64,000 bases of DNA, taken from Alkalispirochaeta sp. (GTDB taxonomy: Bacteria; Spirochaetota; Spirochaetia; DSM-27196; Alkalispirochaetaceae). Under the pieces are notes generated by a model, which worked only from the letters and a program-made list of their open reading frames with translations, was not told where the DNA came from and searched no databases. The position numbers and the translations under genes were made by a program. Below, one piece after another: positions 17,912 to 29,592 of this stretch (position 1 is the stretch's first letter; the number at the start of each line of letters is the position of its first letter). Location of the stretch: positions 352,001 to 416,000 of the forward strand of contig OZ271854.1 of NCBI GenBank assembly GCA_965601925.1, written 5' to 3'.

Positions 17912-17945
17912 AAAAAAAGACCTTCGTACAAACGAAGGTCTCTTT
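17912..17945 (-). terminator. Intrinsic terminator for the fusA operon (possibly bidirectional)
   Basis: 10-bp stem AGACCTTCGT/ACGAAGGTCT with a 4-nt loop; the A-tract at 17912-17918 gives a U-tract on the minus strand. Lies between convergent genes. Confidence 0.8.
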
Positions 17946-18021
17946 CCGGCGCTATGCCGCTCGCCGGTTAAGTAATCGCCACCGCCGACACTCTCCGAAG
18001 GGGCGGTATCGACGTCGCGCC

Positions 18022-18726
18022 CTACTGCTCTTTGATGAGAAGCGTCTTGCTATCCAACTCGAGGTGTAAATCCTCGGTGCGATATTGATCGTGGTCTTTT
18101 ATGAGACGGAGCTTGAGATGGTCGTCCTCGGGTGAGAGCGTGATGATCACCGCGACTTCTTCCTCGAACGGGCTCAGTATCGCGGGGATTCCGTGTTCAT
18201 CGACGGAAGGATCGTCACGGTGTGTCGAGGCGGTAAACCATACGGCAAGTCCATGTTTGACGGCAAACTCACGAATCGCCGTGAGCGTCTCCAACTGCCC
18301 CTTTTCAAAATCGTATCCGTCTATGACCACCACGTCGGCTCGAAAGTTGCCGTCGTCGATAAGCGCGCTGATGCTCCGCAGCAGCTGTTCTCGCGACACG
18401 CCGTCCTGGTTAAAGTTGAGAATAACGCGATTCTTAATGAGTTCGTCGTGAACCTCCATCGCATTCTCGAGGTGTCGCCGCTTGGCGATTTCACCGAAGA
18501 TATCCTCGTACCAGCTGATGATATGGTCGGTACGTCCGGAAAACGAAACGTGGATGACGTGCTTGTCCTGAAAGAGTTGATCGGTTGCGATGTGTACGAG
18601 ACACGCGGTCTTACCGGTGCCTTTGCGAGCCGCAATAATACCGACGCGACCCTTGCCGACGCCCCCGTGGATCGATTTCTCAAGCAGCCGGAGTGGGCTG
18701 CGCTTGATAAGCTCCTCTTTTACCAT
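18022..18726 (-). CDS. RecA/KaiC-like P-loop protein of unknown function
   Basis: SPLRLLEKSIHGG.GKG, Walker A-like ARKGTGKT and Walker B-like VVVIDG. Starts 11 nt after the fusA stop. Confidence 0.75.
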   Translation of the reverse strand: MVKEELIKRSPLRLLEKSIHGGVGKGRVGIIAARKGTGKTACLVHIATDQLFQDKHVIHVSFSGRTDHIISWYEDIFGEIAKRRHLENAMEVHDELIKNRVILNFNQDGVSREQLLRSISALIDDGNFRADVVVIDGYDFEKGQLETLTAIREFAVKHGLAVWFTASTHRDDPSVDEHGIPAILSPFEEEVAVIITLSPEDDHLKLRLIKDHDQYRTEDLHLELDSKTLLIKEQ

Positions 18727-18737
18727 ACTGCGACTCC

Positions 18738-20825
<2,088 letters not shown>

Positions 20826-20986
20826 ATGTCTTCGTCCTTGTTATAAGAAACCGGTGCGTTATTGCCCGTATGCGTCGGGCAACTATATAGAGAGTAACGA
20901 TTTCCTTCAATACCCGACATTACAAGCCGGGGTCGACCGCCGACTACGCGTAGCCGAGTACGCGCATCGGGTCCGGTGGGCGCGTT

Positions 20987-21913
20987 CTATTCATAGTCGT
21001 TGAAATAGAACGCATAGATAGCCTGCACGTGGCGCCTGCTCAGTCGCGCCGCATCGCTCGGGAGTTCGTCATTGACGCGGCTTAAGGCCTCGGAGGCCGG
21101 GAGGTTCGGTTCGGCAATGCGCAACTCCACGACCCTGACGACCGTCTCGGGATCGACTTCGCTGATGCCGCCGAATGCGCCGCGCGAGGCGAGTACAACC
21201 GCACCCTGGCGCATCGTCTCGAACTGTTCTGTCAGGGCGACCACCTCGGCGATCAATCGATTTTCGAGGTCGGCCATGGCGTCCGCGTTGCGAGATACTT
21301 CGAGATTCAACTGGCCCTGTAGGTCGTCGATGAGACTCTGTTGCTCGTCCAGACGAACGGCGAGAAACTGCGGGTCCTGACTGAGGATGTACGCCGCCGG
21401 ATTATCTACGGCGCGTACGATTCGCTCGAAGAACTGCTCATTGGTAAAAAATTGTCCGTTGATCCTCACCGCAAGGTTGTCTATCAACATGCGAAAATCG
21501 TAGGCAACGCCGTCCTGAAACAAGAACTGCATTCCCGACGGCATGTAGGCCACGTAGTCGTCCCCTTCGATAACGAACTCGGAGGGTATGACGACCGCAT
21601 TTGCACGATCGCGATCGAACACGATTCGTAGGCGCTGTATCGTAAGGCCGTCGAGGGCGTAGATCACACTCCGTAACTCACCGATCGCCCGCACACGCGC
21701 CTGGGAGAGAGAACCGATCAGACTGATCGAGAAAGGTCTGCCCTGGTCGTCGACGACGTCCCACGTGGGGAGACCCGACTCGGTTCTGGACTCTACGACT
21801 CGGTATCCCGCATCTTCGAGGGTGGAAGCGGTGGCGTCGTCGGCTTGACCGAAGACCAATGAACTTGCACCTATCAACAACAAAAGGGTTCCGAAAAACA
21901 TTTTGCGATGCAT
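20987..21913 (-). CDS. Exported hypothetical protein (third gene of the cyclase operon)
   Basis: Signal peptide, GCAGGAG RBS, host codon usage and a short coiled coil. Confidence 0.75.
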   Translation of the reverse strand: MHRKMFFGTLLLLIGASSLVFGQADDATASTLEDAGYRVVESRTESGLPTWDVVDDQGRPFSISLIGSLSQARVRAIGELRSVIYALDGLTIQRLRIVFDRDRANAVVIPSEFVIEGDDYVAYMPSGMQFLFQDGVAYDFRMLIDNLAVRINGQFFTNEQFFERIVRAVDNPAAYILSQDPQFLAVRLDEQQSLIDDLQGQLNLEVSRNADAMADLENRLIAEVVALTEQFETMRQGAVVLASRGAFGGISEVDPETVVRVVELRIAEPNLPASEALSRVNDELPSDAARLSRRHVQAIYAFYFNDYE

Positions 21914-21929
21914 CTTTTTCTCCTGCTTC

Positions 21930-23372
21930 CTACTCCGCCTCGATCAACACACGGTCAAAAGCGTGCACCTGCATATCCTCTACCGTCTCCTCGACGCGGG
22001 CGATTAATCGTCCGTCCTCACCGGCAAAGAAGCGGATCGTGCCGATATATTCGTCGTCGCGGCGAAAGACGTACCCGATCGATCCGTCGATGACGGTGTG
22101 AATTCGATTGATGTACACGACAACCCGTTCCGGGTCCCGCGGATCGAGAATATATCCGATATCGCCGTTGATCTGGCTGAACTCGTCCAGTGCGTAGATA
22201 AACTCGGCTATGTGCGTCTCTTGCTCGTCGATCGTTCGGTTGCGCTCCACGACGACGCCCTCCAAACCGGTTCGTACTTCATCAAAGCCGGCGGCGATAT
22301 CACGCGTACGGCGATCGAGCTGCTCCAAGGCGGCGGGAATCGAGTTTTCGAAGGGTATGCGCTGAAGGCGCTCGAGAATCGCCTCGACGCCCTGATACTG
22401 ATCCACGAGCGCGGCGTAGCGCGTCGGCCCCATGAGCCCCTCCTGCTCGAGGAGCTCCGAGTAGGGAGAGAGGCCGGCGAAGCGGGCGGCGTTCTCGGTC
22501 TCGGGCCGTCCCAACAGGGGGCCTACCGCCTCTTCTTCGAGTTGCGGATTGAAGCGGAGGATGAGTCCGGCTATTTCTCCGGCGTGACGCTGCCTGATCG
22601 TACGTTCGAACTCGCGTTGATGGGACTCCAGTTGCGTGATCTCGGACTCGTACGAGGCGGTGAGGCGCGCGATCTGATCTTCGTACTGCCGGCGCACCCC
22701 ATCGATTTCGAGCTCGAACACTTGCCGCTCGCTATTGAGTCTCTCTTCCTGCTGCCGCGCTAACTCGAGTTGGCGGCTGTCATACTCGGCGATCTCGGCT
22801 TCGAGCGTCGCAATACGCGCTTCGATCTCCGCGATCCTCGGTTCGTACTCGCCGTTGAGACTTGCGATCTCGCTATCGGCTTGGGAGCGCAACACGGACG
22901 CCCGGTTGTTCCGCTCGGCGACGCTCAGGTTCTGGTCGGCGAGAAGCCCGATGTTGCGATCACGAGCCCGTTCTACCTGACCGATCCTGGTGGCGAGCTC
23001 CTGCCGCACTTGCTCCAGCTCGCGCTCGGCGGCCTCCAATTGATTTTGAAGACGCTGCGCTTCATCGAGGATGTCGCGCAGGTTCACGTCGGCAAAGTCC
23101 TGAATGTTGATCTGGATCGCGCGACTTGAGCTCTGAATGTAGCGCGTTATACCGACGAGCAGAACCGAGAAAACGGCGACCAAAACGACGATGACCGCCG
23201 GCACCAGTATACTTCTGTTGCGTTTTGTCTTGGCGAACTCCGCCGGGAGATCGTACTGCTGTTGTTTCCGCTTGAACTCATTGATGACCTCCCTGAGGAA
23301 GACCATCTTACTGCGCTCGACGAGATCGGTTACCGGCGGAGCCTGTTGATCTATTTCTCTTTCATTGTCCAT
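21930..23372 (-). CDS. Single-TM long coiled-coil hypothetical protein
   Basis: One TM (ILVPAVIVVLVAVFSVLLVGI), an extended E/Q/R/L heptad region and a beta-rich C-terminus. Start overlaps the cyclase stop. Confidence 0.78.
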   Translation of the reverse strand: MDNEREIDQQAPPVTDLVERSKMVFLREVINEFKRKQQQYDLPAEFAKTKRNRSILVPAVIVVLVAVFSVLLVGITRYIQSSSRAIQINIQDFADVNLRDILDEAQRLQNQLEAAERELEQVRQELATRIGQVERARDRNIGLLADQNLSVAERNNRASVLRSQADSEIASLNGEYEPRIAEIEARIATLEAEIAEYDSRQLELARQQEERLNSERQVFELEIDGVRRQYEDQIARLTASYESEITQLESHQREFERTIRQRHAGEIAGLILRFNPQLEEEAVGPLLGRPETENAARFAGLSPYSELLEQEGLMGPTRYAALVDQYQGVEAILERLQRIPFENSIPAALEQLDRRTRDIAAGFDEVRTGLEGVVVERNRTIDEQETHIAEFIYALDEFSQINGDIGYILDPRDPERVVVYINRIHTVIDGSIGYVFRRDDEYIGTIRFFAGEDGRLIARVEETVEDMQVHAFDRVLIEAE

Positions 23373-25075
23373 ACGCCGTTCCAATCTGCCGGTGCTTCTC
23401 TATCTTTGATGCGATTTCGGAACAACCCGGCGGCGGCGAGAGAGCACCGCTCAAAGTGAGGAAGTGCCTCGGGCCACTCCCCGCGATAGTAGAGGTGGAG
23501 CCCCTGCTTGTACTCCTCTACATCGGACTTCAGTTGGTCGTCGACTTGATCCTTCGGAATCGGCCAAAAGATCTTTTTACCCTTCGTTTTGCCCTTCACC
23601 TGCACCAAGTCGAGCTCCATGAACTCGAACTCCCCGCTATGGGCGGCGACCTCGTCTTTGACGTACTCGGAACAGATCACCGGCGAACGATAGAACCGCG
23701 TCAGCCCCTCCAGACGGGAGGCGCTGTTGACATTGTCGCCGATGACGGTGTTGACCATACGCTCGTAACTTCCGATATTGCCGTAAAATACCTGGCCGCC
23801 GTCGATACCGACACCGACCTCCAGGAGCACCGCCTTGTAGACGTTCTCCTCCTCGTCGGTGAGGCTCCCTCGCTGTTTAATGATCTGCTCGCGCCTGTCG
23901 TGCATCTCCGAGCGCAGGTTCGCCGCGACGTCGTGAATTCGGTAGGCTGCGCGCACCGACTGGACGCTCTTGTTCACCCCGTCGTCCTCGACGGTACCGA
24001 ATACCGCGAGCAGCGCGTCGCCGATGATGGAACCGATATCGCCGTTGTGGGTGTGAATGTGGCTGATAGCCTGATCGTAGTGGAGGTTGAGCAACTTGAT
24101 GATATCGGTACCCAACGTCTCGGTCATGAAGGTAAAGCTCTTAATATCGGTGAAGAGGATCGTCAGATCGCGTTTCGCGCCCTCGAGCCGTATTTCGCGC
24201 TCTTGATACGCCTTGGCGGCGACATCTCGAGCGACGAACTTCTTGAAGATATTGAGCAGGTTGTCGATCGTATTGGCGAGGGAGTTGAACGCAAAGCCGA
24301 GATAGGTCACGTCGTCGTTGGGCGCGCCCTTGAGATCGAGGAGCGACAACGACTGATCGCCCTGCATGCGCATGATGTTGTCGGTGATCTGTCTGACGAA
24401 CCGGAGAATAAACCGGAGTAACAGAATACCGACGACGGCAAAAATGATGGTAATGCCGATAATGATCAGGGATACATTGCGAAAGATGGCAACGGAGTCG
24501 GAGTAAAACTCCTCGAGCTCCTCGGCGCGAATCTGAAAGACCTCCCAGTTTCGGTTGTATTTGTAGACCCCGAAGTAGTCGAACCCTTGAAACTCGAAGT
24601 TGATCGTTCCCTCTTCCACGCCGTCGTCGACGAGGGCGGTGCGCATCTGTTCGAGCGCGTCGGTGTCGGGGAACGACGTCGCCCGCGTCATGTCGCCGGC
24701 CTGCAACATCATCGAGCCGTCCTGATAGACGCCCATCGTTACCGCGCGGTTGCCCCGGTGGTTACGGGCCGCCGCCTGCTCGATGTTCGAGACGGCCGAC
24801 TCCATATCGGCGTTGAAATTGAAGATTTCGTGTTGGTTGTTCGCAAAGACGTGCATCTCCCGCAGATCCTTGACGAGGATTTGGTTGAGAAGCTGGATCT
24901 GTTCTCCCTGGTTCAACATGAGATTGATGTAATTGGTCATGAAGTTAGAGACCAGGAGGAAGATGGAGAAAATGATGACGATCTTCAAGATTAATGGCAC
25001 GACGCGCGTGCCATTCACTTTTTGCCCCAATACTCGGGATAATGGATCTGCCATAGACTCGTCTAATATACCCAA
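23351..25075 (-). CDS. Membrane-bound class III nucleotidyl cyclase (2 TM, periplasmic sensor, HAMP)
   Basis: TILFTDIKSFT, IIGDALLAVFG, GNIGS..R...TVIGDNVNSASRLE, VKGK and C-terminal DWNGVW. Start 25075 (TTG) or 25054. Confidence 0.92.
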   Translation of the reverse strand: MGILDESMADPLSRVLGQKVNGTRVVPLILKIVIIFSIFLLVSNFMTNYINLMLNQGEQIQLLNQILVKDLREMHVFANNQHEIFNFNADMESAVSNIEQAAARNHRGNRAVTMGVYQDGSMMLQAGDMTRATSFPDTDALEQMRTALVDDGVEEGTINFEFQGFDYFGVYKYNRNWEVFQIRAEELEEFYSDSVAIFRNVSLIIIGITIIFAVVGILLLRFILRFVRQITDNIMRMQGDQSLSLLDLKGAPNDDVTYLGFAFNSLANTIDNLLNIFKKFVARDVAAKAYQEREIRLEGAKRDLTILFTDIKSFTFMTETLGTDIIKLLNLHYDQAISHIHTHNGDIGSIIGDALLAVFGTVEDDGVNKSVQSVRAAYRIHDVAANLRSEMHDRREQIIKQRGSLTDEEENVYKAVLLEVGVGIDGGQVFYGNIGSYERMVNTVIGDNVNSASRLEGLTRFYRSPVICSEYVKDEVAAHSGEFEFMELDLVQVKGKTKGKKIFWPIPKDQVDDQLKSDVEEYKQGLHLYYRGEWPEALPHFERCSLAAAGLFRNRIKDREAPADWNGVWTMKEK

Positions 25076-25172
25076 TATTCCTTCATAGCGAAAGGAAAGA
25101 CGAAATATTTTCGTCGATCTTTCTCACGTATGTGAGTAGGGCACACCGATCACACGGGGGCTTCTCCCCGCT

Positions 25173-25823
25173 TTACGTCTCCCGGATGTCGATGACTTCG
25201 ACGATATGCTTCTTAACCGATGAAAGGAACGTTTCCCGATCCATATCCGTGACCTTCATGATGCACACGGCGTTGGTCGGCTTGTCCCCGGGCCAGGTGC
25301 CGATCGATACGATGTTGCCCCCGTGGTCGGCTACGTCCTGCCCGAGCTTTGCGATCTCGCCACGCTCCTCCGGTATACGGAGGGTAGCTCGCAAGCCCTT
25401 CTCGCGCGTACCGAATAGATCGATAAAGAGGCGAAATATGTCCGACTCGGTCACGATTCCCACCGGATAGCCCTCGTCGTCGACGACCGGCAGACATCCG
25501 ATATCGTTGTCGACCATTTTACGCGCCGCGTCCTCTACGAGTTCGTCCGTCTTCGCGGTAAGGACGTCTTTGGTCATTACCTTTTTGATCGTGAGCTTTG
25601 CCAGAAGCCGCGTCATTTCATACACATCGAGTGTCGATGCGGGCGACGGTGAGGCGTAGATGAGATCTTTCTCGCTCGCAATACCGACGAGTTTCTTCGT
25701 GTGCTCGTCCACGACCGGAAGGTGGTGTATACGCTCACGTCTCATTGTGTCCTGGGCATCGGTAACGGGAGTACCGGGATGGACCGTGTAGAGGTTGGCG
25801 CTCATTATTTTGTGTACCAGCAT
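25173..25823 (-). CDS. Tandem CBS plus ACT domain protein (AcuB-like)
   Basis: Two CBS motifs (HHLPVVD, GCLPVVD, GIVTESD) and a C-terminal ACT domain (GGNIVSIG). Confidence 0.88.
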   Translation of the reverse strand: MLVHKIMSANLYTVHPGTPVTDAQDTMRRERIHHLPVVDEHTKKLVGIASEKDLIYASPSPASTLDVYEMTRLLAKLTIKKVMTKDVLTAKTDELVEDAARKMVDNDIGCLPVVDDEGYPVGIVTESDIFRLFIDLFGTREKGLRATLRIPEERGEIAKLGQDVADHGGNIVSIGTWPGDKPTNAVCIMKVTDMDRETFLSSVKKHIVEVIDIRET

Positions 25824-25846
25824 AGTTGTACCTCCTTATGACGCGA

Positions 25847-26554
25847 TTATACGCCGAGATACGCCTTCTTGACCTCCTCGTCGTTAAGGAGGTTTGCCGC
25901 GGTATCGGCAAGGGTAATGCGCCCGTTCTCCATGACGTAGCCGCGGTGGGCGACTTTGAGCGCTTGATTGGCGTTTTGCTCGACGAGAAAGATCGTCGTT
26001 CCGTTTTCGCTGTTGATCTGCGAGATGATCTCGAATATTCGTTGGACGATGAGCGGCGCGAGACCGAGGCTCGGTTCGTCGAGGAGCAGGAGCGTCGGTC
26101 TGGCCATGAGCGCGCGCGATATGGCGAGCATCTGTTGTTCGCCGCCGGAGAGCGTCCCACCGGCCTGGCCGCGCCGTTCGGCGAGAATCGGAAAGAGTTC
26201 GTACACGTACTCCAGATCGCGCTTGATTCCCTCTCTGTCGCGTCTGAGAAGCGCTCCCATGTCGAGATTTTCGCGGACCGTTAGGTGAGGAAATATCCTC
26301 CGCCCCTCCGGCACCTGGGAGATGCCGCGTCCGACGATGCGATCCGGATCCATACCGGTGATGGAGTCGCCCTCAAAGACGATATCCCCCTCCTTGGGCG
26401 GTACGACGCCGCAAATCGACATGAGGGTCGTCGACTTACCGGCGCCGTTTGCACCGATAAGGGTGATAATCTCGCCGCGATTGATGAGGAGATCGATCCC
26501 TTTGAGCGCCTGAATGTTGCCGTAGTAGGTGCGCACGGATTTGAGTTCAAGCAT
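25847..26554 (-). CDS. livF: Branched-chain amino acid ABC transporter ATPase
   Basis: GANGAGKST, VPEGRRIF, LSGGEQQMLA and LLDEPSLGLAP. Confidence 0.93.
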   Translation of the reverse strand: MLELKSVRTYYGNIQALKGIDLLINRGEIITLIGANGAGKSTTLMSICGVVPPKEGDIVFEGDSITGMDPDRIVGRGISQVPEGRRIFPHLTVRENLDMGALLRRDREGIKRDLEYVYELFPILAERRGQAGGTLSGGEQQMLAISRALMARPTLLLLDEPSLGLAPLIVQRIFEIISQINSENGTTIFLVEQNANQALKVAHRGYVMENGRITLADTAANLLNDEEVKKAYLGV

Positions 26555-27338
26555 CGACTTCTTCTCCCAGATACGCTTTGATCACCTCGGGATTGTTCTT
26601 GACCTCGTACGGCTCACCCGTTGCGATCAACTTCCCGTAGTCCATCACGTAGATGCGCTCGGACAACGACATGACCAAGCTCATATCGTGCTCGATAAGA
26701 AAGATCGAGACCCGCTCGGTGTCGCGGATCTGTTTGATCAGCTGCTCGAGCTCCTTCGTCTCCTGAGGATTCATCCCCGCCGCCGGCTCGTCGAGGAGCA
26801 GGAGAAAGGGCTCGGTGGCCAACGCGCGCGCGATCTCGAGGCGCCGTTGCGCTCCGTAGGGAAGATTGCGCGCCAACTCATTCACGAACGCCTCCAAGCC
26901 CAACCGTTTAAGGATCGCGTAGCTGTCGTGAATGACGCGCTCTTCTTCCTCGCGGGTACGACGATCCCGTAGGACCGCGCCGAGAATGCCCGACTTGAGG
27001 CGCCCGTGGCGACCGATCATCACATTCTCCAAAACGGTCATGGCGCCGAACAGGCGAATGTTCTGAAACGTCCGGGCGAGCCCTTTGTGGGTGATCGAGC
27101 TCGGCCGAAGTCCCTTTATCGACTCCTGGATACCGTCGGCGGGCATGATGAACACGTCGCCGCCGGTGGGTGTGTAGACGCCGGTCACACAGTTGAAGAA
27201 CGTCGTCTTTCCCGCGCCGTTGGGACCGATGAGGGCGATGATCTCATTCTCCTCCATCGTCACCGTCACGTTATTGACCGCCCGCAAGCCGCCGAAATCC
27301 ATCGTCATCTCGCGGACGCTGAGAATCTGACGGCTCAT
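26547..27338 (-). CDS. livG: Branched-chain amino acid ABC transporter ATPase
   Basis: FGGLRAV, GPNGAGKTT, ARTFQNIRLF, LPYGAQRRLEIARAL and IEHDM. Real start is MSRQIL at 27338 (ATGA overlap with livM). Confidence 0.93.
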   Translation of the reverse strand: MSRQILSVREMTMDFGGLRAVNNVTVTMEENEIIALIGPNGAGKTTFFNCVTGVYTPTGGDVFIMPADGIQESIKGLRPSSITHKGLARTFQNIRLFGAMTVLENVMIGRHGRLKSGILGAVLRDRRTREEEERVIHDSYAILKRLGLEAFVNELARNLPYGAQRRLEIARALATEPFLLLLDEPAAGMNPQETKELEQLIKQIRDTERVSIFLIEHDMSLVMSLSERIYVMDYGKLIATGEPYEVKNNPEVIKAYLGEEVDA

Positions 27339-28606
27339 GAGACCACCTCTTTCTCTACGGGAAAGGTGTACGCTTTGCGTTTTTTGCGAATCAAGCCTTC
27401 GGGGCGAAAGACCATCATGAGGATCAGGATCGCTCCGAACATGAGCATACGATAGTCGGAAAAGGCGCGCAGATACTCGGGGATGAGAATCAATCCCAGG
27501 GCTCCGATAATCGAGCCGGGGATGGAACCCATGCCGCCGAGCACGACGCAACACAGCACGATGACCGACTGCCACACGGTGAAACTGGCGGGGTTGATGA
27601 AGGTGGTGCGCGAAGCGAAGATGACACCGCCCATACCGGCCCAGAACGACCCCATGGCAAAGGCGATCACCTTGAGACGCGTAATATTGATGCCCATCGC
27701 CTCGGCCGCGATGTCGTCCTCGCCCATCGCTACCAGGGCGCGCCCCAGCCTCGAGTGCTCGAATCGCCACACGACGAAGATCGTCAGGATCACCGCGACA
27801 ACGATGATGTAGTAGGTATAGGTCGTCGCGGTCGACAGGTTCATACTCAGGCCGAAGAAGGTCGGACGCGGAATACCGCCGATACCTTGGGGACCGCCGG
27901 TAATATCGGTCATGTTGTTGAAGACGATACGGACGATCTCGCCGAATCCCAGCGTCACGATCGCCAGATAGTCGCCTCGCAACCGTAACACCGGCAACGC
28001 CAACAGGATGCCGGCCACCGTAGCCAGAATCGTGCCGATCGGCAGGGCGACCCAGAATCCGACGCCGAAGAAGCGGTTCAGGATACCGTAGGTGTAGGCG
28101 CCGACGGCGTAGAAGGCGATATATCCGAGATGCAACATCCCGCCCAAGCCGATAACAATATTGAGGCCCAGGGCGAGCATCACGTAGATCAGGGCGGTAA
28201 TCATGATGTTGGTCTGATAGAGCGAGGAGACCAGCGGAAAGACGATGGCGATAACCAACAGCAAACCGTAAACAACAGAGCGATACCGCGGCTGCATGGC
28301 GAGTTCGCGCCACGCACCGATGCGCGCCCCGAGCGCTCTTACCGTCGCGGTGACCGCGACGCCGCTCCCTCCGTCACCGGTGCTCGTCCCGCCCTTTGCG
28401 CGGCGCACTTTTGCCGAACGTCTGGACTCGATTAGATGGTGCAACACGACACCGACGGCGGCGGCGGCGGCGACGTAGAGCATATTGTGCCAGCGCCATA
28501 TCACCGTGTTATCGACCGTATTGATTCGGATTACCATGATCGGAAAGGTGAGAAAGACGAGCCACAACGACATAAAGACGGACCGTTTCAACAGTTGTAT
28601 GGTCAT
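27335..28606 (-). CDS. livM: Branched-chain amino acid ABC transporter permease
   Basis: ALGLNIV.G..G.L.LGY.AFYAVGAY, LRLRGDYLAIVTLGFGEI and VVLGGMGS. Confidence 0.93.
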   Translation of the reverse strand: MTIQLLKRSVFMSLWLVFLTFPIMVIRINTVDNTVIWRWHNMLYVAAAAAVGVVLHHLIESRRSAKVRRAKGGTSTGDGGSGVAVTATVRALGARIGAWRELAMQPRYRSVVYGLLLVIAIVFPLVSSLYQTNIMITALIYVMLALGLNIVIGLGGMLHLGYIAFYAVGAYTYGILNRFFGVGFWVALPIGTILATVAGILLALPVLRLRGDYLAIVTLGFGEIVRIVFNNMTDITGGPQGIGGIPRPTFFGLSMNLSTATTYTYYIIVVAVILTIFVVWRFEHSRLGRALVAMGEDDIAAEAMGINITRLKVIAFAMGSFWAGMGGVIFASRTTFINPASFTVWQSVIVLCCVVLGGMGSIPGSIIGALGLILIPEYLRAFSDYRMLMFGAILILMMVFRPEGLIRKKRKAYTFPVEKEVVS

Positions 28607-28612
28607 GGCGAT

Positions 28613-29521
28613 CTACACTTTCTGCACTTCCGGCTTACCGAGTAGACCGGACGGTTTGAAGATGAGAATGAACACGAGAATCAAAAAGGCAAACACGTCC
28701 TCGTACACGCTGGAAATGTAGCCGGCGGCGTACGCCTCGGCCATGCCGAGCACCAGACTGCCGAGGACCGCGCCGGGTATGCTACCGATACCGCCGAGCA
28801 CCGCCGCGACGAACGCTTTGATCCCGGCGACAAACCCGATATAGAAATTGATCTGGCCGATGAAGGAGCTGATAAGAATACCACCTAGCGCAGCGGTGAA
28901 ACTCCCGATGACGAAGGTCCAGCTGATGACGCGATTGACGTTGATTCCCACGAGGGTCGCCATCGTGCGGTCCTGACTGGTGGCACGCATCGACTTCCCC
29001 ATGCGGGTGAACTTGATCAATACCGTTAATACGATCATCACGACCGCCGTCGTCATGAAGATGAAGATCTGCGGTGCGGTAACGATGCCCTGGAGCCCTC
29101 TCGGGATGGGTACATCGGGCAGCAGGGCCGGAAAGGGGAGAAAGTTGGGTGTCTGCGCCAACAGAACGTAGTTCTGAAGAAAGAGCGACATTCCGATGGC
29201 GCCGATCAGTACCGAGAGACGCGGTGCGCGACGCAAAGGCTTATAGGCCAGTTTTTCTACCGTGTATCCGTACGCGGACGAGTAGACCAGGGCGACGAGG
29301 CTCGCTAAAACGAGAATAGCGAGAATCGGCATCCCCATGATCGAAAAGAGGCCCGACATAATAAGGGCGATAAAGGCCCCGATCATGTAGATCTCGCCGT
29401 GGGCGAAGTTGATCAGCTTGATGATTCCGTAGACCATCGTATAGCCGAGGGCGAGGAGCGCGTAAATACTGCCCCTCGTGAGCCCGCTGAAAAAGAGGCG
29501 AAAGAAATATTCAAAGTCCAT
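28613..29521 (-). CDS. livH: Branched-chain amino acid ABC transporter permease
   Basis: GSIYALLALGYTMVYGIIKLINFAHGE and KAFVAAVLGGIGSIPGA. Confidence 0.94.
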   Translation of the reverse strand: MDFEYFFRLFFSGLTRGSIYALLALGYTMVYGIIKLINFAHGEIYMIGAFIALIMSGLFSIMGMPILAILVLASLVALVYSSAYGYTVEKLAYKPLRRAPRLSVLIGAIGMSLFLQNYVLLAQTPNFLPFPALLPDVPIPRGLQGIVTAPQIFIFMTTAVVMIVLTVLIKFTRMGKSMRATSQDRTMATLVGINVNRVISWTFVIGSFTAALGGILISSFIGQINFYIGFVAGIKAFVAAVLGGIGSIPGAVLGSLVLGMAEAYAAGYISSVYEDVFAFLILVFILIFKPSGLLGKPEVQKV

Positions 29522-29552
29522 GATGGTTGGTGTGCATGTAGTAGGAAGATGG

Positions 29553-29573
29553 GGCGGGCCCTCGGGGCCCGCC
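29553..29573. terminator. GC-rich hairpin between livK and livH (mRNA stabiliser or partial terminator)
   Basis: GGCGGGCCC-TCG-GGGCCCGCC, a 9-bp stem with only a weak U-tract. Confidence 0.55.
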
Positions 29574-29592
29574 TACAATCCATTTTTGAATG

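Noticed and set aside
23351..25075. Cyclase as a bona fide Pycsar/CBASS defence system
   Set aside because: It has a receptor-type TM-HAMP architecture, sits among housekeeping genes and has no adjacent recognised effector; only the specificity anomaly is retained as a finding.
27339..28313. Apparent 325-aa N-terminal extension of LivG
   Set aside because: Alternative frame inside livM; the real start is ATG 27338 with an RBS and an ATGA overlap.
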